64,000 nucleotides of DNA from Armatimonadota bacterium (lineage in GTDB: Bacteria; Armatimonadota; UBA5829). Positions 62,617 to 64,000 of the stretch are shown in pieces. Below the pieces are notes generated by a model. The model searched no databases. It was not told the DNA's origin and saw nothing but the letters and a program-made list of their open reading frames with translations. How positions within the stretch are numbered: position 1 is the stretch's first letter; each line of letters opens with the position of its first letter. The position numbers and the translations under genes were made by a program. The DNA is taken from NCBI GenBank assembly GCA_050948905.1, contig JBMNES010000001.1, positions 1,105,155 through 1,169,154 on the forward strand, written 5' to 3'.

Positions 62617-63206
62617 CGAAGCTGATTATAGCCACTAAAAATCCGGGCAAAGTTCGAGAGATGGTCGAATTGCTGTCGGGTCTTCCTTATGAGGTGCACA
62701 CCCTGCTGGATTATCCCGATGCGCCTGATGTCGAAGAAACAGGCACTACCTTCCTTGAGAACGCAATAATTAAGGCCACTGCTTATGCCGATTTTACGGG
62801 TGAACTGACCCTGGCCGACGATTCCGGCTTGGAGGTCGACGCGCTCGACGGCGCGCCGGGTGTTTTCTCCAGCCGCTTCGCCCCGACCGAATCCGAGCGC
62901 AACGAGCGTCTGTTGAGTATGATGAAAGACGTGCCCGACGACCGGCGTACGGCCAGATTCAGGTGCGTAATTGCCATCGCAGAGCCGTCCGGCGGCGTTC
63001 AGGTCAGCGAAGGCAGCGTAGAAGGCGTCATCGCACACGAACCCAAAGGTGACAACGGCTTCGGCTACGACCCGATATTCTACATCCCCAACCTGAAAAA
63101 ACATTTCGCCGAACTCGACTCCGCCCACAAAAACAGGATATCCCACCGCGGCAAAGCCCTGACAGAGGCGAAAAAGATCTTAACCCGGATGGCGAGTGGC
63201 GGTTAA
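62613..63206 (+). CDS. rdgB: dITP/XTP pyrophosphatase (RdgB/HAM1 family)
   Basis: LIIATKNPGKVRE...ADDSGLEVDALDGAPGVFSSRF...GFGYDPIF...ISHRGKAL. GTGA overlap with rph. Confidence 0.9.
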   Translation: MTKLIIATKNPGKVREMVELLSGLPYEVHTLLDYPDAPDVEETGTTFLENAIIKATAYADFTGELTLADDSGLEVDALDGAPGVFSSRFAPTESERNERLLSMMKDVPDDRRTARFRCVIAIAEPSGGVQVSEGSVEGVIAHEPKGDNGFGYDPIFYIPNLKKHFAELDSAHKNRISHRGKALTEAKKILTRMASGG

Positions 63207-63268
63207 TGGTTGTTGGTTGGCGGTTTACTGTTGTCGGTTTGCTTGCCAAATCTGGTATGAGCTATAAC

Positions 63269-63646
63269 CTATAGAAATTCATCAGTCAAATCTATAACGT
63301 CTTTAAATTCGCCGGTCAAATCTATAACGTTTTTAAATTCATCGGTCAAATCTATCACCCCAGGTTCTTCAACAGGTCGCTGCGCAGTTGTTACATTAGA
63401 ACCGCTGTTGCATATAGAGATCAAAAGCAATGTAGCTACCACAACCACGCCAATCCCACCGAGAAGCCATAAGAAAATCTCCGGCATGGCTATTAAAAAA
63501 ACTACAAATAACACCGCTGCGACAAGTAAACCATGAATTAAATCTGGTAGCACAGCTTTTCCCAATAGATAATAACCACCTGCTCTTACAGGAAGTGGTA
63601 TATCATCCACCCAATTTATGTGATCTTCTCTGTTATTGTCAGTCAT
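63269..63646 (-). CDS. Hypothetical membrane protein with a C-terminal 10-residue tandem repeat
   Basis: Two or three hydrophobic helices, then VIDLTDEFKN-VIDLTGEFKD-VIDLTDEFL at the C-terminus. Confidence 0.55.
   Translation of the reverse strand: MTDNNREDHINWVDDIPLPVRAGGYYLLGKAVLPDLIHGLLVAAVLFVVFLIAMPEIFLWLLGGIGVVVVATLLLISICNSGSNVTTAQRPVEEPGVIDLTDEFKNVIDLTGEFKDVIDLTDEFL
63275..63360. repeat. Three tandem 30-bp repeats inside the 3' end of ORF 63269..63646
   Basis: AAATTCATCAGTCAAATCTATAACGTCTTT / AAATTCGCCGGTCAAATCTATAACGTTTTT / AAATTCATCGGTCAAATCTATCACC... Confidence 0.85.
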
Positions 63647-63869
63647 TGCAGCAATTATCTCCCTTCATATCGTTCATAGCCAATTGCTCTCAATGACTAT
63701 ATCGCTAATTTACATCTAAAGAGGCAAAACCGGCCTTCCGCTGAAATTTCCAATCAATTTTCCAGATATCGCATCTCAGCGTGCGATGGCCTCCGATTAA
63801 CCCCTGATTTGGCTGGGCATGATAATATAATAAGTGGGTTGGATGGGGTTTGGTAAGGAGGTTGTGGCG

Positions 63870-64000
63870 GTGGGTGGTGCGTCACGGTATAGTAGTGTTG
63901 CACAACAATTTCTCCCAAAGGATATCGCGGACGCCGTGCCGGAGGCGTTGTGCGAGAAACTGGCACGTACGCACTACGAGAACTTCCCCATAGGGTCGAT
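63870..64000 (+). CDS. Squalene/phytoene synthase family protein (HpnC/HpnD-like), 5' end only
   Basis: Not in ORF track (runs off the window). AAGGAGG at 63855-63861, then GTG 63870. Translation ...FLPKDIADAVPEALCEKLARTHYENFPIGS contains the HYENFP motif I associate with HpnC/HpnD. Confidence 0.45.
   Translation, partial: MGGASRYSSVAQQFLPKDIADAVPEALCEKLARTHYENFPIGS

Overview
Chromosomal segment of a moderately GC-rich bacterium, densely coding on both strands, with about 55 protein genes. By eye I saw no rRNA, tRNA, CRISPR, transposase, integrase or phage genes.

Flanks: these are housekeeping operons with Firmicutes/Terrabacteria-like gene order.
- 0.8-8.1 kb: mtaB-HIT, then rpsU (TTG start, missed by the ORF track)-yqeY-7TM-HD (PgpH-like)-ybeY-dgkA/PAP2-CNNM/CorC.
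- 28.3 kb: folC.
- 58.8-63.2 kb: amidase-gerM-murI-rph-rdgB.

Interspersed genes:
- Sugar-related: a beta-helix protein, a URO-D-like protein, a SIS/GCKR-like protein, an L-rhamnose-isomerase-like protein, an ABC sugar importer and a PHP hydrolase.
- Other: a sigma-70/GerE-type regulator pair, a lone prepilin-type gene, a GT4 glycosyltransferase, a PaaK-ACT pair and an orphan 7-heme cytochrome c.

By inference only, this mix fits an Armatimonadota-like or related Terrabacteria lineage.

Stand-out region, 29.6-50.3 kb: four giant mosaic ORFs with signal peptides (1457, 1537, 1093 and 1317 aa from my preferred starts).
- Three carry the same GHL10/DUF187-like glycoside-hydrolase-like head.
- The fourth carries a papain-fold (C39-like) cysteine-peptidase head.
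- All four share downstream beta-sandwich and FN3 modules, and a C-terminal module of about 180 aa that I cannot assign. Golvesin-like modules are seen in giants 1-3 only.

Repeat elements in the same region:
- Between giant genes 2 and 3 sits a head-to-tail array of seven 33-35-bp REP-like hairpin units (GTAG head plus GC palindrome when read on the minus strand).
- A solo variant copy lies 4.2 kb downstream and carries a compensatory stem change.
- A second dispersed element of about 40 nt, built from GCGAAAG repeats, lies upstream of giant gene 1. It also lies, in the equivalent orientation, upstream of the DUF1638 gene.

I regard the giant-protein array plus its repeat elements as the best candidate for an undescribed system: a modular secreted or cell-surface enzyme family that degrades a polymer or remodels the envelope. 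Everything about its function is inference.
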